Assembly: GCA_036785375.1 (NCBI GenBank)
Contig: JAWMAR010000384.1
Coordinates: 124,001 to 188,000 of the forward strand
Length of the DNA stretch: 64,000 nucleotides
Source: Leucoraja ocellata
Lineage: Eukaryota
Direction of reading: 5' to 3'
The translations under genes and the position numbers were made by a program. The first letter of the stretch is position 1. Each line of letters opens with the position of its first letter. Under the pieces are notes generated by a model. The model did no database searches. It was not told where the DNA came from and worked only from the letters and a program-made list of their open reading frames with translations. This document shows, piece after piece, positions 36,470 to 51,099 of this stretch.

Positions 36470-37480
36470 TAGAAAATAGGTGCAGGAGTAGGCTATTCGG
36501 CCCTTCGAGCAGCACCGCCATTCAACATGATCATGGCTGATCATCCAAAATCGGTATCCCGTTCCTGCTTTCTCCCCATATCCATTGGTTCCATCAACCC
36601 TAAAAGCTATATCTAACTCTCTGTTGAATACAACCAGTGATTTGGCCTCCACTGCCTTCTGTGGCAGAAAATTCCACAGATTCACAACTATCTGCGTAAA
36701 AAAACTCTTTCCGCATCTCTGTCCTAAATGGCCTACCATTTTTAAAAACTAGGACGCCTGGTTCTGGATTCCTCATCATCGGGAACATTTTACATGCATC
36801 TAGTGTATCAAATCCCTTAAGAATGTTATATGTTTCTATAAGAACCCCTCTCATCCAAAATTCCAGTGCATATAAGCCCACTCGATCATATGTCAGTTCC
36901 ACCATCTCGGGAATTAATCTGGCGAACCTACGTTGCACTCCCTCAATAGCAAGAATGTCCTTCCTCAAATTTAGAGAACAAAACTGCACACAATACTCCA
37001 GGTGTGGTCTCACTAGGGCCCTGTACCACTGCCGTCGGACCACCTTGTTCTTATACTCAAATCCTCTCGCTATGAAGGCCAACGTGCCATTCGATTTTCT
37101 TCACTGCCGACTGCACCTGCAAGCTTTCTTTCAGTGACTGATGTTCAAGGCCACCCAGTTCTGGTTTCACCTCCGCCTTCCTGTTTTTGCCACCAAAGTG
37201 GATAACCTCACATTTATCTACGTTATACTACATCTGCCATGCACCTGCCCACTCACCTATCCTATCCAAGTCACCCTGCAGCCTCAGAGCACCCTCCATG
37301 CAGCTCACACTGTCACCCAGCTTTGTGTGATCAGCAAACTTGGAGATGTTGCATTTAATTCCTTCATCTTAATCGTTAATATATATTGTTAATAACTGAG
37401 GTCCCAACACTGAGCCTTGCGGCACTAGTCACTGCCTGTCATTCTGAAAGGACCCGTTAATTCCTTTGCTTCCTGTCTGC
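36470..37480 (-). mobile_element. decayed CR1 fragment, unit 2
   Basis: paralog of 23683-24735. Confidence 0.85.
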
Positions 37481-39900
37481 CATATAGTTCACCATCCATG
37501 TCAATACCCTACCTCCAATATTACCACGTCATTTACCAGATCAACCTTAGATTCCTCACCTTATCAAATCTGCTCGAAATTATATCTGCCTGGCATGGTA
37601 CTTCTTCAAAGCCATTCGGTAAATTTCGGAAACGTCCTTCATAAATTCATAAATTGTAGGACCAGAATTAGGCCTTTCAGCTCACTAATTCTACCCGGCC
37701 ATTTTATCACGCTTGATTTATCTCTCCCTCTCAGCCCCTCTCAGCCCCATTCTCCTGACTTATCCCCATAACCCTTAACACTCTTACTAATCACCAACCA
37801 ATCAATCTGCACCTTAAATATATCCATTGAGTTGGCTTCCACAGCGTTCTGAAGCAATTGATTCCACAGATTCACCACCCTCTGACTAAAGGAATTCCTC
37901 CTCATCACCTTTTGTAAATGTACGTCCTTTTATTCTGAGGCTATAACCTTTGGTCCTTGACTCCTCCGCTCGTCGAAACATCCACTCCACATCCACTCTA
38001 TCCAGGAGGGGAGGGGGCGCTCTCCCAAAGTCTACTATCAATTCCACCGTCTTAAGAACATTGAGCTCAGATTGTTACGAAGGCACCAGGACGCCAGCTG
38101 TGACTTCCTGTCTGTAGGCAGATTCCTCCCCAACCTGGATCAGTCCAATCAGGGTTGTGTCGCCCCTGGGATCCCTGGGATCACCCTCGTAAACCTCCTC
38201 TGGACCCTCTCCAACGCCAGCTCACCCTTCCTCAGATTGGAGCCCGACACCGTTCACAACACTCCAAATGCGGTCTGACCAGTGCCTGATAAAGGCCCAG
38301 CAATACATCCCTGGTTTTGTATTTTGTTTTTGTGTTTCTGGCCCTCTCGAAAGAAATGCTAGCATTGCATTCGCCTTCCGACTACAGACTTGTAAATTAA
38401 CTTTTGGGAATCCTGCACCAGCACTCCCAAACCCCTTTGCACCTCTCGTTTCTGAATGTTCTCTTTCTCAACAACATTTTGACTTTTGCGGGATGAACTT
38501 ATTGGTCATTTTGTCAATACCCTTTATATATTTTAGTAACAGCTTGTAATATTTCTGTCTCTCTTCCTTTCTGAATGAAAATGATCACCAATGAACGTCC
38601 ATGGTAGTTTTGAAATAAAAACTCAAAGCAATGAATTTAGCGCTGCAATGGGATGAATTAAGATTCTAGAATGAAATACAATACATCTTAACACCCTGTC
38701 AGCCCGTGGCTCTATCAACTTCCTAATGATTGCAACGTTTGTGAGTTTGTTCCTTGCTTCCACTTCCATGTATGCGGCCGTTTCTGGGATGTTGTCCGTG
38801 TTCTGTAGTAGTGCAGACCGAGGACATTTTTCAGTTTACATTTTCTGTCATCTGCATATTCCCCTTTACTTTTACCCTAGATCCCCTACTTCACTGTCCA
38901 GTCTGTAGGTTGTAATACAAATGACAGCAATTCTTACTATCATGCATTAACACTTCTAGCTGACGTCCAACAATACTTTAATATACTCATTGAACGCTTC
39001 GTCATATTTTTTTACAATTCGCTGTTCAATTTTCTGATTTCCATTCAACATTGCTCATAGAATTGTTTTGTGCTCTTAGTTTAATGCTGCCTTTAACATA
39101 TTTAGATAATCGTGGATGTTTTATTTCTTGTGGCACGTGTGTAGTTTCTGTCTTTTGAATGATTACATTGAAAGCTTCCGTGTACATCTGGAATTTCCGA
39201 TATTTTAATTGAATTTGCTGGTGGATTTCAAGTTCAAGTTCACATTTAGTGTCACATACACGCACCAATTATGGTACAGTGATATTTGAGTTACCGTGCA
39301 GCCCATTCAAGTAAAATAATACAATACATTCAGCTGGCTCCGTTCCGTGGCATGCATTTACCCCGATACAGCATTCCCTCACCCTCACATTTCTACTTTA
39401 ATTAATGATGTATTGTTCTTCCCATGAACTTCAATTCGACCGTCTGAAGGGTCGTTCTCTCGCATTGCGATGAAGACATATTAACAGACTCTCCTGTGCC
39501 GTTTAATTTCACCATTAAAGTGGACACTTTAAATCCAATGAAGGGGCTAATGGTGCAATGGTGCCTTGCGATATTACACGACTGCGAATTATTTGTAGGA
39601 AAAGGACAAATGTGTTATTTTATAATTATTTGGGAGCTTAAGGTGATTAGTGCAAAGTCTGTACAGTGCCACCATTCAACACAGCTGACACCGTTTACTC
39701 AGTAAATAAGAGCCTTCTCTCACACAACAGTTCCCGTCTGAGTCTCAGAGCTTCTCTCCCCCTCCCCCCGCCGCCGTTGAGTTCACCGTTGTCTGCTATT
39801 CTCCTCCCACTTAAAACAACATGAATATTTCTTTCTCCCAAAGGGCTGGAGCTGCAGAAATAATTTTTTACCCCGAGCCAATAATTCAGTGAATCGGTGT

Positions 39901-39937
39901 CACGTGGATAAAGATTTGCATGAATAATTAATAAATA
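39901..39937 (+). promoter_or_regulatory. IgL promoter copy 2 (CACGTG; octamer 39914-39921)
   Basis: same module as copy 1. Confidence 0.85.
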
Positions 39938-40020
39938 GTGTCTGAAGACTTTAAAAGAGAAACTTGGAAAGGGCTCAAAACCGCGCTTGTGCAGCAAGAT
40001 ATTCCCTTATAACCTTCAAC

Positions 40021-43000
40021 ATGGCTGTATGTGTTTGGGTTCTCGCCTTGGTGACCTGTTTCCACTGTGAGTAGAGCGCAGAATGATTAATGCTGTATCG
40101 TTTTACATTCTGCTGTGTTTTTTTTTCTAATGGTTCTGTATATTTATCTGTTATTTCTATCAGCTATAAACGCGGAGACTACCTTGACTCAGAGCCCGGC
40201 TATATCACAATCGCCGGGAACAACCGTGAAAATCACCTGTACACTGTCAGGGGGCAGCATCGGTAGCTTCTACACGGGCTGGTACTGGCAGAAGCCGGAC
40301 AGCAGCCCTGTCTTGGTGTGGTATGGAACCACCAGAGGCACCGGAATTCCAGACCGATTCACGGGATCCGTGGTCTCATCCACGAACCAAATGCATTTAA
40401 CCATCACCAACGTGCAATCGGAGGACGCGGCCGATTATTACTGTGCTGTGTGTGACCCCAGTACATACATATCCACCTTCGGGAGAGGAACCAAACTGAA
40501 TCTAAGCAGTAAGTAAAGTATTCACGGTGTGAAACAACAAATCGTTGAACTTGGGTTTTGCTTTCCATCATAAATCCTCGGTAGAAAGATCTTATTAAAC
40601 CAAAGTAGACAGGAGGGGTCAGCCAGCTTCTCCGGTAGAAGTATAGATGGGCAATGGTTTGTGTCGGAACCTTTGCGAAAGGTTCCCGAACGGAAATATC
40701 ATCCTTCTTTGTGGACCAGAGATGCTGTCTAATCCGCTGGATTACTTCAGCACTTTGTGTTGTACTCAAGATGCCAACATTCGCGGTTCCCTGTTTCTCC
40801 TACGTGAACTTGTTTTTTTTTAAATAATCCTTTACCTCCATCCCTACAACACTCCGGGAAATCTGCGCTCATCTATCCGTGGCTTCTTGATCATCGTGGA
40901 ATTTAACGCCTTCACAGACTGACAGCTGTGCTTCAAATGCGAAGTTGTTAAATTCTGTAATGATCTGAAAGTCTATTTCCCACTTTCTTCCCTGATGTTC
41001 ATGAAACCTGCTCCTATAACAGGAATACTGATTCTCTGATTTGAAGTATCCTCAAGTGGCGGGTTCCATATGAGACTGCTGCTATTGGTCACTTTGCTTC
41101 AATATAAGCGGAATGCAAACCAAAACTGTTGCCGTTACTTGAACAAATGTTCGGGAAATTATGAGATTTCATTAACTTACAGTATATTGTGGACACGGAT
41201 AATACCAACTCTGGAGAGTGGGCCAAATAGAATCATTGGAAACATCCAAAGGAAAGTTAATAAACATTTGACAAGGGATGTCGGTGAATTTAAATGGGAT
41301 ATTTTGGAATTGCAAATACCCATTAGGGCAAATTGCGCGAAGTTGATTTCTGGTCGTTTTAATGATACCATGAGGGTGAAGTGGAGTTTAGACAGGTTTA
41401 CACGCGCTCCCTACAACAGCACTAAAACCAATTGTCAGGGAAAAGGTTAAAAACAATATTTAAACGCTTCGCACGGCAGCATTTCAATTCCCTTTGCGCG
41501 AAAGCGTGGAGGATTGTTGCAAGTCTGATTCAGCTCCGAAATTAGAAACAAGAGCAGAACGGATTCTGGTTCATTTCTCGTTCAGCGAGCCATTGCCACC
41601 TTAGCTGATCACAATTGTGTGGATATGCCGTCAGACTCTTTGTACCCTTGACTCTTGTAGATCCTGCAAGGGATTTTGATGCTTGTTCTCCGATTGCCAT
41701 CGAGCGTATGATATAGCAGAAAACGCAGACTGTTCATTATGCTGTTAAACATGATCCCTCTGAGTGTTGATTTTTTTTACGGGCAGGCGGTTGGTAGACC
41801 GACATGTCAAAAAAGCTTCAAAGAGCGAGACATCATTTTGCCATTTTCGGATAAATTAATGCAGAAATGGGCACACGTGTATGCGAGGTTATTGCTGAAT
41901 TGACCTTGAATCGTACGATTGGAAGGAAATAGTACAGCGTCTTTAAATTCAGCATTAGCTTGAAATGTTTTTTAAAGTCCGAATATGTTGGATGTTAAAC
42001 CCAGAGCTGTCTGGACATGTGTCAGAAGGAATTTTGAATCTGACCAAAACAGTTCTTTAGTTTTATCTTTCATTTTTCTGCCCGCCACCATCATTGAATC
42101 ATGGACTTTCTGGACGATGTGGAAGATTCACTAATAAGTAACATTCTAAAGACTGTTCCGGGATAGAATTGGGATTACTATTTAAACAAGCATTAATTTG
42201 GAAATGCTGCTCATTCTGCCAGGATGAGTTGTATTTACATTTTTTCTGCCCGTTTCCATGATCTGTAGAAAATCGTATGTTATATGTTTTACCAAACCTC
42301 GGATATACCCCATAACAATTAACTTATCATGATTCTGCTGTATAAAATGAGGTTTATAAATGAACAGGAACTGTAAAGCCAGTGCAGTACACGGCCATAG
42401 AGCCACGGAGTTATGCAGCGGTGGAACAGTCCTTCAGTCCACCTATTTCATGCCGACCGGGTTGCCTTACTTGAGCTGGTCCCATTTGCGCGTGTCAGGC
42501 CCATATCTCTTTGAACCTTTCTTATCCAAGTATCAATTCAAATGTTTATTTAAATGTTGTTATTGTATCTGCCTCATCAACTTCTCTGGGGAACTCATTC
42601 CATGGAGTCAACGCATTATGTGAACAAATGTTGCCCTGAACCTAAACCCACTAATTCTTCATTCCCCTACTACGGGGAAAAGACTCCGTGTGCTAACCTT
42701 ATGTATTCCCTCGCGATTTTGTTCACCGCCATGCGATCACCCTAAGGTCTTCTACACTCCAAGGACTAACTGATAAATAATTCATTTGTATTTATTTCAA
42801 TTCTTTATTTCCAGGTCCGCGCTCCCCCACCGTTTCCATTCTGGCGCCATCAATGGGTGAAGTCACCGCAGAAAGTACCGCCACCCTGGTGTGTTTGGTG
42901 AGCGGGTTCAACCCGGGCGCTGTGGACATTAAGTGGACCGTGGACGGCAGTGCGAGAAGTGACGGCGCTGCGACCAGCCGGGTCCAGCAGGAGAAGGACA

Positions 43001-43137
43001 ACTCGTTCAGTGCGAGCAGTTACCTGACTCTGCCAGCCGCCTACTGGAACTCACACGATCTTTACTCCTGTGTGGTTAAACACGAAACCCAGGCAACCCC
43101 GATTAAGGCCAACATCGCCAGATCCAGTTGCCTCTAA
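40021..43137 (+). CDS. IGL: immunoglobulin light chain, lambda/type II, germline-joined, copy 2; exons 40021-40066, 40164-40508, 42815-43137
   Basis: intact frame and splice sites; CDR3 AVCDPSTYIST; AATAAA 43316-43321. Confidence 0.95.
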
Positions 43138-45349
43138 TTCAAAGGATCAAATTCCCGATTTGCTCCATTTCTTTGTAAATTAATCCAATATTCAGATATG
43201 GAATGTTCGCTTTAACAGGGTATTTGTTCAAACGCAGCACGTGTGCATTTTGTTGCCGCGAATGCGCTGTTGGTATTTACGATTAACTGACAAACAATAA
43301 TGTAACATTTAATGCAATAAAACAGATTATTCTACTTACGATGCATCGTTGTAATTTTCTGTGCAAATGTCCTTGCCTTCAATAGAATAAAAACAATAAT
43401 GTCCGATGATGCCAGTGTGTAGAAACTGGCATTTTGTGAAACTTTGTTATATTTCAAATAAACTGCGGTTTCATGATTGATCGTAGATCCATGTGTTAGG
43501 ACAGTTGAAGGGACCGCTTGCACATACCCCCCCCCCCCCCCCCCCCCCCCCCCTGATTGAAGAAATTAGGTGCAAACCAGTGTCTCCTATTTTGGATATC
43601 CCGAAAATACGGAAGCGCAGTCTTGGCATTACGCTAATATGCTTGAAGTACCCAAACGTGTCCAATCGTTCCGCACGAAATATCACAATATATCAGTGTT
43701 TATACCAGGAAAAACGCGATGACAAGTGTGGGTTGACGGATTAGTTAACCGCGGCATTACCGTGGTCTTTAATCAGCTCAACATTAATCACCAGAAGTGG
43801 TCATATATTTAAACAGTATAACGAGAGGAATACATTTCAGGCTCGTAGGGGTGTGCGCTGGGGGGGGGGGGGGGGGGGGGGGGGTAGATGGGGTGATTCG
43901 CAACAACAATTAACCGGAGTAATTGTTACTTCGCGACTCCCAGAAATGGGATAAACAGCTTTCGGGACATGGCAACTGCTTGGATGTTCTTCTCTGGGAA
44001 TAAAAAAACATGTTTAACAGGGGGAATAAATTGTGAAAATCTGGGGGAAATCTGCTTCCGATGTGGGTGTCCTATCTGGAGAGATTCTCCACAACGATGT
44101 CAATTTCCAGTAGTACAATAACAGGTTGGGGACGTGTGCTGTCTATTTTTATCCCATCCCTTCCTCCACGGTTATCATTCACTCCCTTTCCCCCTTATTT
44201 TGCGGCTGATTTCATTTTTTGTTCCTTTTCACCCACAGCCTTTGCCAATTAACCCCCCGCCCCCATCTGCTAATCAACCCCCTCTCACATGTATCCACCG
44301 ATCTATCACTTGGCCAGCTGTATCGCACCTCATATCTATTTTACACATTTACCTCCTCTGTTCCAGGGGCACGACCTGAAATGATGCCTCGCAATTCTAA
44401 TCAGCTGTTGCCTGACCCGGCGAGTCATGTGGAGTCCAATGGCGAAGTCTTGTTTTGCTGGATTTGTCCGGTATTATGACCACGTCTCTGATCGAATTTA
44501 CCTCTTCAATCAACTTCTTGTCAGACTTTTCCATGATCTACATTGATATTCTACACCCAGTTGCAAGTCGAAGATACCCATGCTTTGTCCCCATTTTCCT
44601 ACCCCCGCGAGGCTTCCTTTACTTTTGATGGGCGACGGGTATTTTGGAAACACTGGTCAGCGTTTAGTGTTTCATCAACGCAGTATTCCTCAACCTCCAT
44701 ACGAGCTTGGATATTTGGCCCAGTAAGCTCCACGGCGCCACGTGGTTTATTTACAAGAGGTAGTTCAAACAGGTACTATAACAACATTTAATAAACATTT
44801 GGACAGGTACATTGATAGGAAAGGTTTAGAGGGATACGGGCCACCGCGGGCAGGTGGGACTTGTTGGGCCGAAGGGCATTTCCCTACTGAATAACTCCTA
44901 GTGATACTTTTTTTAAATGAAAATAGGTGCAGGAGTAGGCCATTCGGCCCTTCGAGCCTGCACCGCCTTTCAATATGATCATGGCTGATACATGCTTACA
45001 GCGGATCTGCAGAAATGATCGGGACCTGTACAAAAAGAAGCCCAGTTGGCAGAGGAATGCGGGGGCTGGTGGGCAGGAGAACTCATCTCTGTACCGTAAA
45101 ATAAAGTTGTCTGGCTGCTCACAATAACACAAGATGTAGCTTCGAGTAAATGTTCATCCAGCATGAAGTGGCGCTGCATTCGACGATGTTATGTGGTCCC
45201 TGCAGTTATCTTGCTCTTAGATGCTGAATCAATCCAAAAATATTGACATAATCTGCAGCACCTTCGGTATATTTACAGGTCTTGTCATTTATGGGGAGGC
45301 AAATGTAAACTGCTTGATGTGAAAATGCTGGTATTGCCCAAGATGCAAT

Positions 45350-46579
45350 TCGGTGCATTAAAACAATATATCAGGAGCCTACAGCTAGGATTGAGGTAAA
45401 TGGAAACATATCAAAACGGATCCAGTTAGAGAGGGGCACAAGGCAAGGATGCTGTCTTTCTCCTACTCTCTTCGTTTTGTATATTGAACCCTTAGCACAA
45501 GCAATAAAGCAGAGAGAAGACCTGCAGGGGGTCAAAATAGGGGGGGGAAAGAACATATAATTGGTCTTTTCGCTGATGATAAAAACACAAATTATTTCAT
45601 TCAATTATTCTCCATCCCAACAAATCAGAGATGCATATAATCTGGAATGGAATTCTAAAACGATGCAGTATCTTGGTGTAACTATAACCAAAACGCTTTC
45701 CAACTCGTTTGAAACTAATTATAACAAAATTGAAGAAAACATCAAAAATGATGTTGAAAGGTTTTCGACCCTTCCTCTAGACTTCAGTGCCAGAATACAA
45801 ACGGTAAAAATGAATATCCTACCTAAACTACTATATTTATTCCAATCTCTCCCAATTAATGTCCCCCGAGATAAATCCATAGCCTGGGATAAAATGATCT
45901 CTAGATTCATTTGGAATAGCAAAAAAACAAGAATAAAAAAGCAAGGGTGGAATGGCATTACCAAATCTGAGGAAATACTTTTATGTAGCTCAACTCAGAC
46001 CTCTGTTGGTGTCGACCTGATTATGAATGTCGATGGAAAGAAATTGAAAGGGAGATACAGGGTTACCAGATCCAGATTTTGGTGGGAGACTAATATCTGA
46101 GAGGGGCTTTGAGACACGCTATGGACCACATAGTAGCATTTACGTTAGAAATATGTAATGTTATAGTGGGAAAATACAAATTAAAAAGAGGGGTTCACGC
46201 ATTGAAGTGGTTCGCATATGACTCAAAGTTTAACCAGGGGTGTATGATTCAAAATTCAAAGAATGGGCACAAAAAGGCATAATGGCAATGTATAGTTTCA
46301 GAAAATGGCGAGTTTATGAGCTTCCAAGATTTAAAGTCAAAGTCTGGTCTCGAAAACAAAGATTTTTTTAGATACTTGCAATTAAGAGACTACTTTACAA
46401 AAGAGATAAGGCCAGAACTAGATGAAACTTCAAATAATGTGATCAAGGTGATTGTGGATGCATACAAACAGAAGGGGTCTCGGGTCAACTCTGCTTTCTA
46501 CCAAGCTCTGATGGGAAGCGGGGGAGAATCAACGCTCTACATAAAAACAAAATAGGAAGCAGAATTAAAGATTCAGATA

Positions 46580-46622
<43 letters not shown>

Positions 46623-47447
46623 TATTATTATTATAATAATAAGTTTATTTATATAGCACATTTATAGTCAATTTTCATTGACCCCAAAGTGCTTTACATA
46701 ATTTAAAAATCAGTTCCATACAAAGCATAAAGATGGGTTAACAAAATAATAAAATGCATAAACAGGACACAACATGTAACATAAACAACCACCACAGCAT
46801 TCATCACTGTGGTTGAAGGCACAAAAAATTTTGGCCGTCCTCCTCCATTCCCCCCCCCCCCCCCCCCCCGTGGACAAGACCAGAGTCCAGAATCCAGTCC
46901 GGGATCGGTCTTTCCTCACCGGAGACCGCGGCTTCAAGATTGTGTAGGCCGCAGGCCGGCGGTTGAGATTTAAAGTCCCCGCCGCAGCCAGAAGCCCCGT
47001 AGACTGCAGGGCCGGCGGTCGAAGCTCCCATCCAGGAGTGATGGTAAGTCCATGCCGGGCCCGCGGTAGAAGTTATCCGCGGGCCGGCAATGGCGGCTTC
47101 TTCTTCCCCCATAAGAAGAATGGTATCAAATGTGTGAAACACAATGTCCTTCCACAAGCACACTAGTATGGAAAGTGTTTTGCTGGAAGAATCTATCTCG
47201 CTTTTTTTTATAAGCAGCAAACTCGCTGTCCAACAACACTGTTGGAGGCTGTGTGGGAGTACGGAGGCAGACCACTCGCATATTTTCTGGAACTGTGTAA
47301 AGATAAGGCCATACTGGGAAAATGTTAATGCAGCTGTAAAAAATATCTTGGGTTATAAAATCCCAAATACCTGCCATGTGATGTATCTGGGGCGTATTTA
47401 AGATATTGTAAAAATAAAAGATACATATTTGATTAAAGTTTTGCTTG
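45350..47447 (+). mobile_element. decayed L1/Tx1-clade fragment, unit 2 (extra internal deletions)
   Basis: paralog of 31525-34200. Confidence 0.8.
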
Positions 47448-49620
47448 TTTTATTTATGGTGATGGTGTTGCACGGTTTTGTATATATCTCTTAAAAAACA
47501 AAGAAAATAAGTTGACCATTTGACCGCGTGGGCAGAAGATACTGATGCAGTCTCCGATTTTAACGGTAGATGGCGCTGCCGTACCTTACATCTGTGATGA
47601 AGCTCAACACGGCCAATTCTGAAATGGGTCAAACGCAATATTGTGTCTGAGGTCACGTACAGGCCAGACCAGCAATAATTGGATTATTTTCCCCTTGAAG
47701 GATATATTTGGGATCCAGTTGTTTTGTAATAATCAATCATACAAACTGATGTTTCTTCTGAAATATTCCAGACACTTAACAGAATTTAGATTCCACACCT
47801 TCCCTGTTGAAATATATCTGGATATGTGGTCAAGGCCTTTGCGTGATGTGATTTCGGTTTGAAACCGTTGCTTATCTTCACTTCCTTCACCTTTGCAGGG
47901 AGCGAATAGGAGGAATCTTTCACTGCATAAAAATATTCTTCTTACACAGTTTTCCGATTCAGCCGCGGTTTAACCAAAGCTTGAGAGGTAACCTCTCCGC
48001 TTACTCGATACTTCGTTCTTTGAAACCCCACATATATCGCAGGTTTTTGCTCACTACTCTGTCATATGCTGAGATAATAGAGCAGCTGGGCTTGTACACT
48101 CTGAAGGATGAGAGGATATCTCATTGAAACATATACGATTGTTAAGAGTTTGGACACGCGAGAGGCAAAAAACATGTTCCCGATGTTGGAGGAGTCCAGA
48201 ACCAGGGACCACAGTTTAAGAATAAGGAGTAAGCCATTTAGAACGGAGACGAGGAAATACTTTTTCTCATATAGAGTGGCGAGTGTGGAATTCTCTGCCT
48301 CAGAGGGCAGTGGAGGCAGGTTCTCTGGATGCTTTCAACTGAGAGCTAGATAGGGCTCTTAAAAATAGCGGAGTCAGGGGATATGGGGAGAAGGCAGGAA
48401 TGGGGTATTGATTGGGGATGATCAGCCATTGAATGGCGGTGTTGGCGCGAAGGGCCGAATGGCCTCCTCCTGCATTTATTGTCTGTAGTCTATTGTCTAC
48501 TCTCGCGATATATCTTTCTACCTTGGTAGATGTGTGCTCATGAACACCAAGTCCCTCGGTTCCTGCGAACTTTGAACCCACATTGCCCCCCTTTCCCCCT
48601 CCCCTCCACACACGAGGCAAACTATACAAGCTCATACTTCTCTGTGATAGATTTCATCCATCATTTACCTACTCATTCTCCTGTCATATTGAAGTTTGAA
48701 GTGCTCGCTGAATACTCTCTCTCTCTCCTGCGTGTAAGCCGCTATTACATCATGATTGTTGATGTGAATATATTGCTATTGGTACAGAACACAACTAGTT
48801 ATGGGGATAGAGGAGAATTAAATCATTGGCCAAAATGCTCGTGCATACTGAATGTGAATAATGGGAATGTTACCTCCGGGAGAGACTTTAATATTTATTA
48901 TGGACAAACATGAAGACAGTTACAAACAGGATTTTGTACATTTGAGTGGGTTTTGGTTCCAGGATTTTAGCCCAGGTTTTCCATCTATCCAATTTGCCAA
49001 GGTGTTGAGTGTCAATGAAAGTCATAAAGATTTAAACAACGACGCATGACATAAATAACTGAACATTGTTCTCTTAAAAGAAACAAACAGAAAATGCAAT
49101 TACAACTCATTTTAAACCGAGAACTCTTGTTTGCAGAAACATCGCATACACGTGGACTGTGACAGAAAATACACAGGAATAAATGATATATAAATTATAC
49201 ATGTACATCAGAAAGAAAGAAACAAGATTGCGAACAAAAACATAATAATAAAAAAACACGTCGATAGTGTACAAGTTTTGGGGCATTGTGTCCCGTATGG
49301 AGGCAGGATTAGGGGTATGTTGGTCCTTCCAAAATCTGGATAATTGTAGGTAAGTAGCTGTTCTTAAACCGGGTGGTGTACTTTCTGTAGTAGATCTGTA
49401 AACGTTTGTTGGTGTATTTGGAGACAAAGTATTTTTTTGAATTCTTTGAAAGTAGAGGCATTGGCGCTCATTCGCCGATGCATTTGTTTGCTGGGCCCGG
49501 CGTTAATGCCTAGAATTAGTTATAATCAGTTATAACCCTCTCCACAACTACTCCATTAAAACAAACTGGCCTGGGGTCCCCGGACTTCCTCTTTCTGAAG
49601 TCAGCGACCAGTTCCGTCTT

Positions 49621-49746
49621 TAAGAGGGAACTGCAGATGCTGGAGAATCGAAGGATACACAGAAAAGCTGGAGAAACTCAGCGGGTGCAGCAGCATCTAT
49701 GGAGCGAAGGAAATAGGCAACGTTTCGGGCCGAAACCCTTCTTCAG
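49621..49746 (-). mobile_element. young short-element insertion with 15-bp target-site duplication
   Basis: gaccagttccgtctt at 49606-49620 and 49746-49760; empty site in the paralogous units. Confidence 0.85.
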
Positions 49747-51099
49747 ACCAGTTCCGTCTTGTTGCTTTGGAGCGAAAGGTTGTTGTTCTGACACCACTCA
49801 ACCAAGTGTTCCGTCTCCCTTCTCTATGTTGACGCAGCACCAGCAATGATTCATCCAAATAGAATGGTGTTGGGGATGGATCAATAGATGACTTTGGAGC
49901 TGTGCTTCATTCCATGTGTGTACAGGAAGTAGAACAGGATGTAAAGCGCGCAGCCTTGAGATGAACTGTGTTGCTGGTCAATGGGGAAGAGATGATGTTC
50001 CCCATCCGCACTCGGTCACTTGAAGCTAATTCACCAAACAGTAAAATGGTGACTAAACTGATTGTAACCTCTGATCTGCAGTCCCAGCCACCCCTGGTAA
50101 CATATCACTACCCCACCTTGTTTATTATGAATATTTCTACCTTTGGAAAAAAATAAAGACTGCTTCTACCACATTTTCAGAAACGTAATTGATGAGGCTT
50201 TCTCCATTCTGAGAGATGTGTTTTGTTTCTTCACTTTTTGAAGTAGGCATTGATTTTTGTGTAACCGGTGACGTTTAGTTTTAGATTACCCCAGACGAAT
50301 TGTCCTCCCCCTTCACATGCTGTTAAGACCCCGCATAATCACCTGTGCTTCAATTAAAGCACCTCTCATGCTTCTAACCGTCGACCACTCGCTCGTTGCA
50401 GATATGGATCTATTAGTAATCATTTTCTGAATTGCTTCAAATGCATTTACATTTCAATACTCTGCTCGATTCTGCGATGAAGTTTAACTGAAGCACTATC
50501 AACCTCTCTCTTTTACATTAGTTTTTTTTCTGACGTTAGATGCTAACGCTGTTACCTTTCATAGGTAGTTGTTGTACCTCATTCTAGCTTGTTGCGTATC
50601 CTCACCAGGGAACCGAAATAATTCTGCATCTCAAAACACTGCAAAAAGTCATACTGTAAATAAGAAGGGTCTCGACCCGAAACGTCACCAATTCCTTCTC
50701 TCCAGAGACGCTGCCCGTCCCGCTGAGTTACTCCAGCATTTTGTGTCTATATTGTAAAGAACATTATTTTATATCAGTTACCCTCCCAAAATTGACATTC
50801 CACATGTTCCCACATCCCGCATTTGCCAGGCCTTTGCCCATTCACGGGAACTATCCACATGCACGGCGGCCTTGGTTGGTGCTTCATGTCATTAGCAAAT
50901 TCAACAGCCATACATTTTGTAGCTTTTTTGACTGTGTGTAAACATTTTTGGGAATTGTGGCTCCAGCAGTGATCTATGAGGCACATCAGTTTTTGCATCT
51001 TTCCAACCAGAAATTAGCCTGTTTATGCGTTTTCTATGTTTCCAACTAATCGCCCAATGTTCTGTTCTTCTGATTTCCATAAACACCAGCACTCACAGT

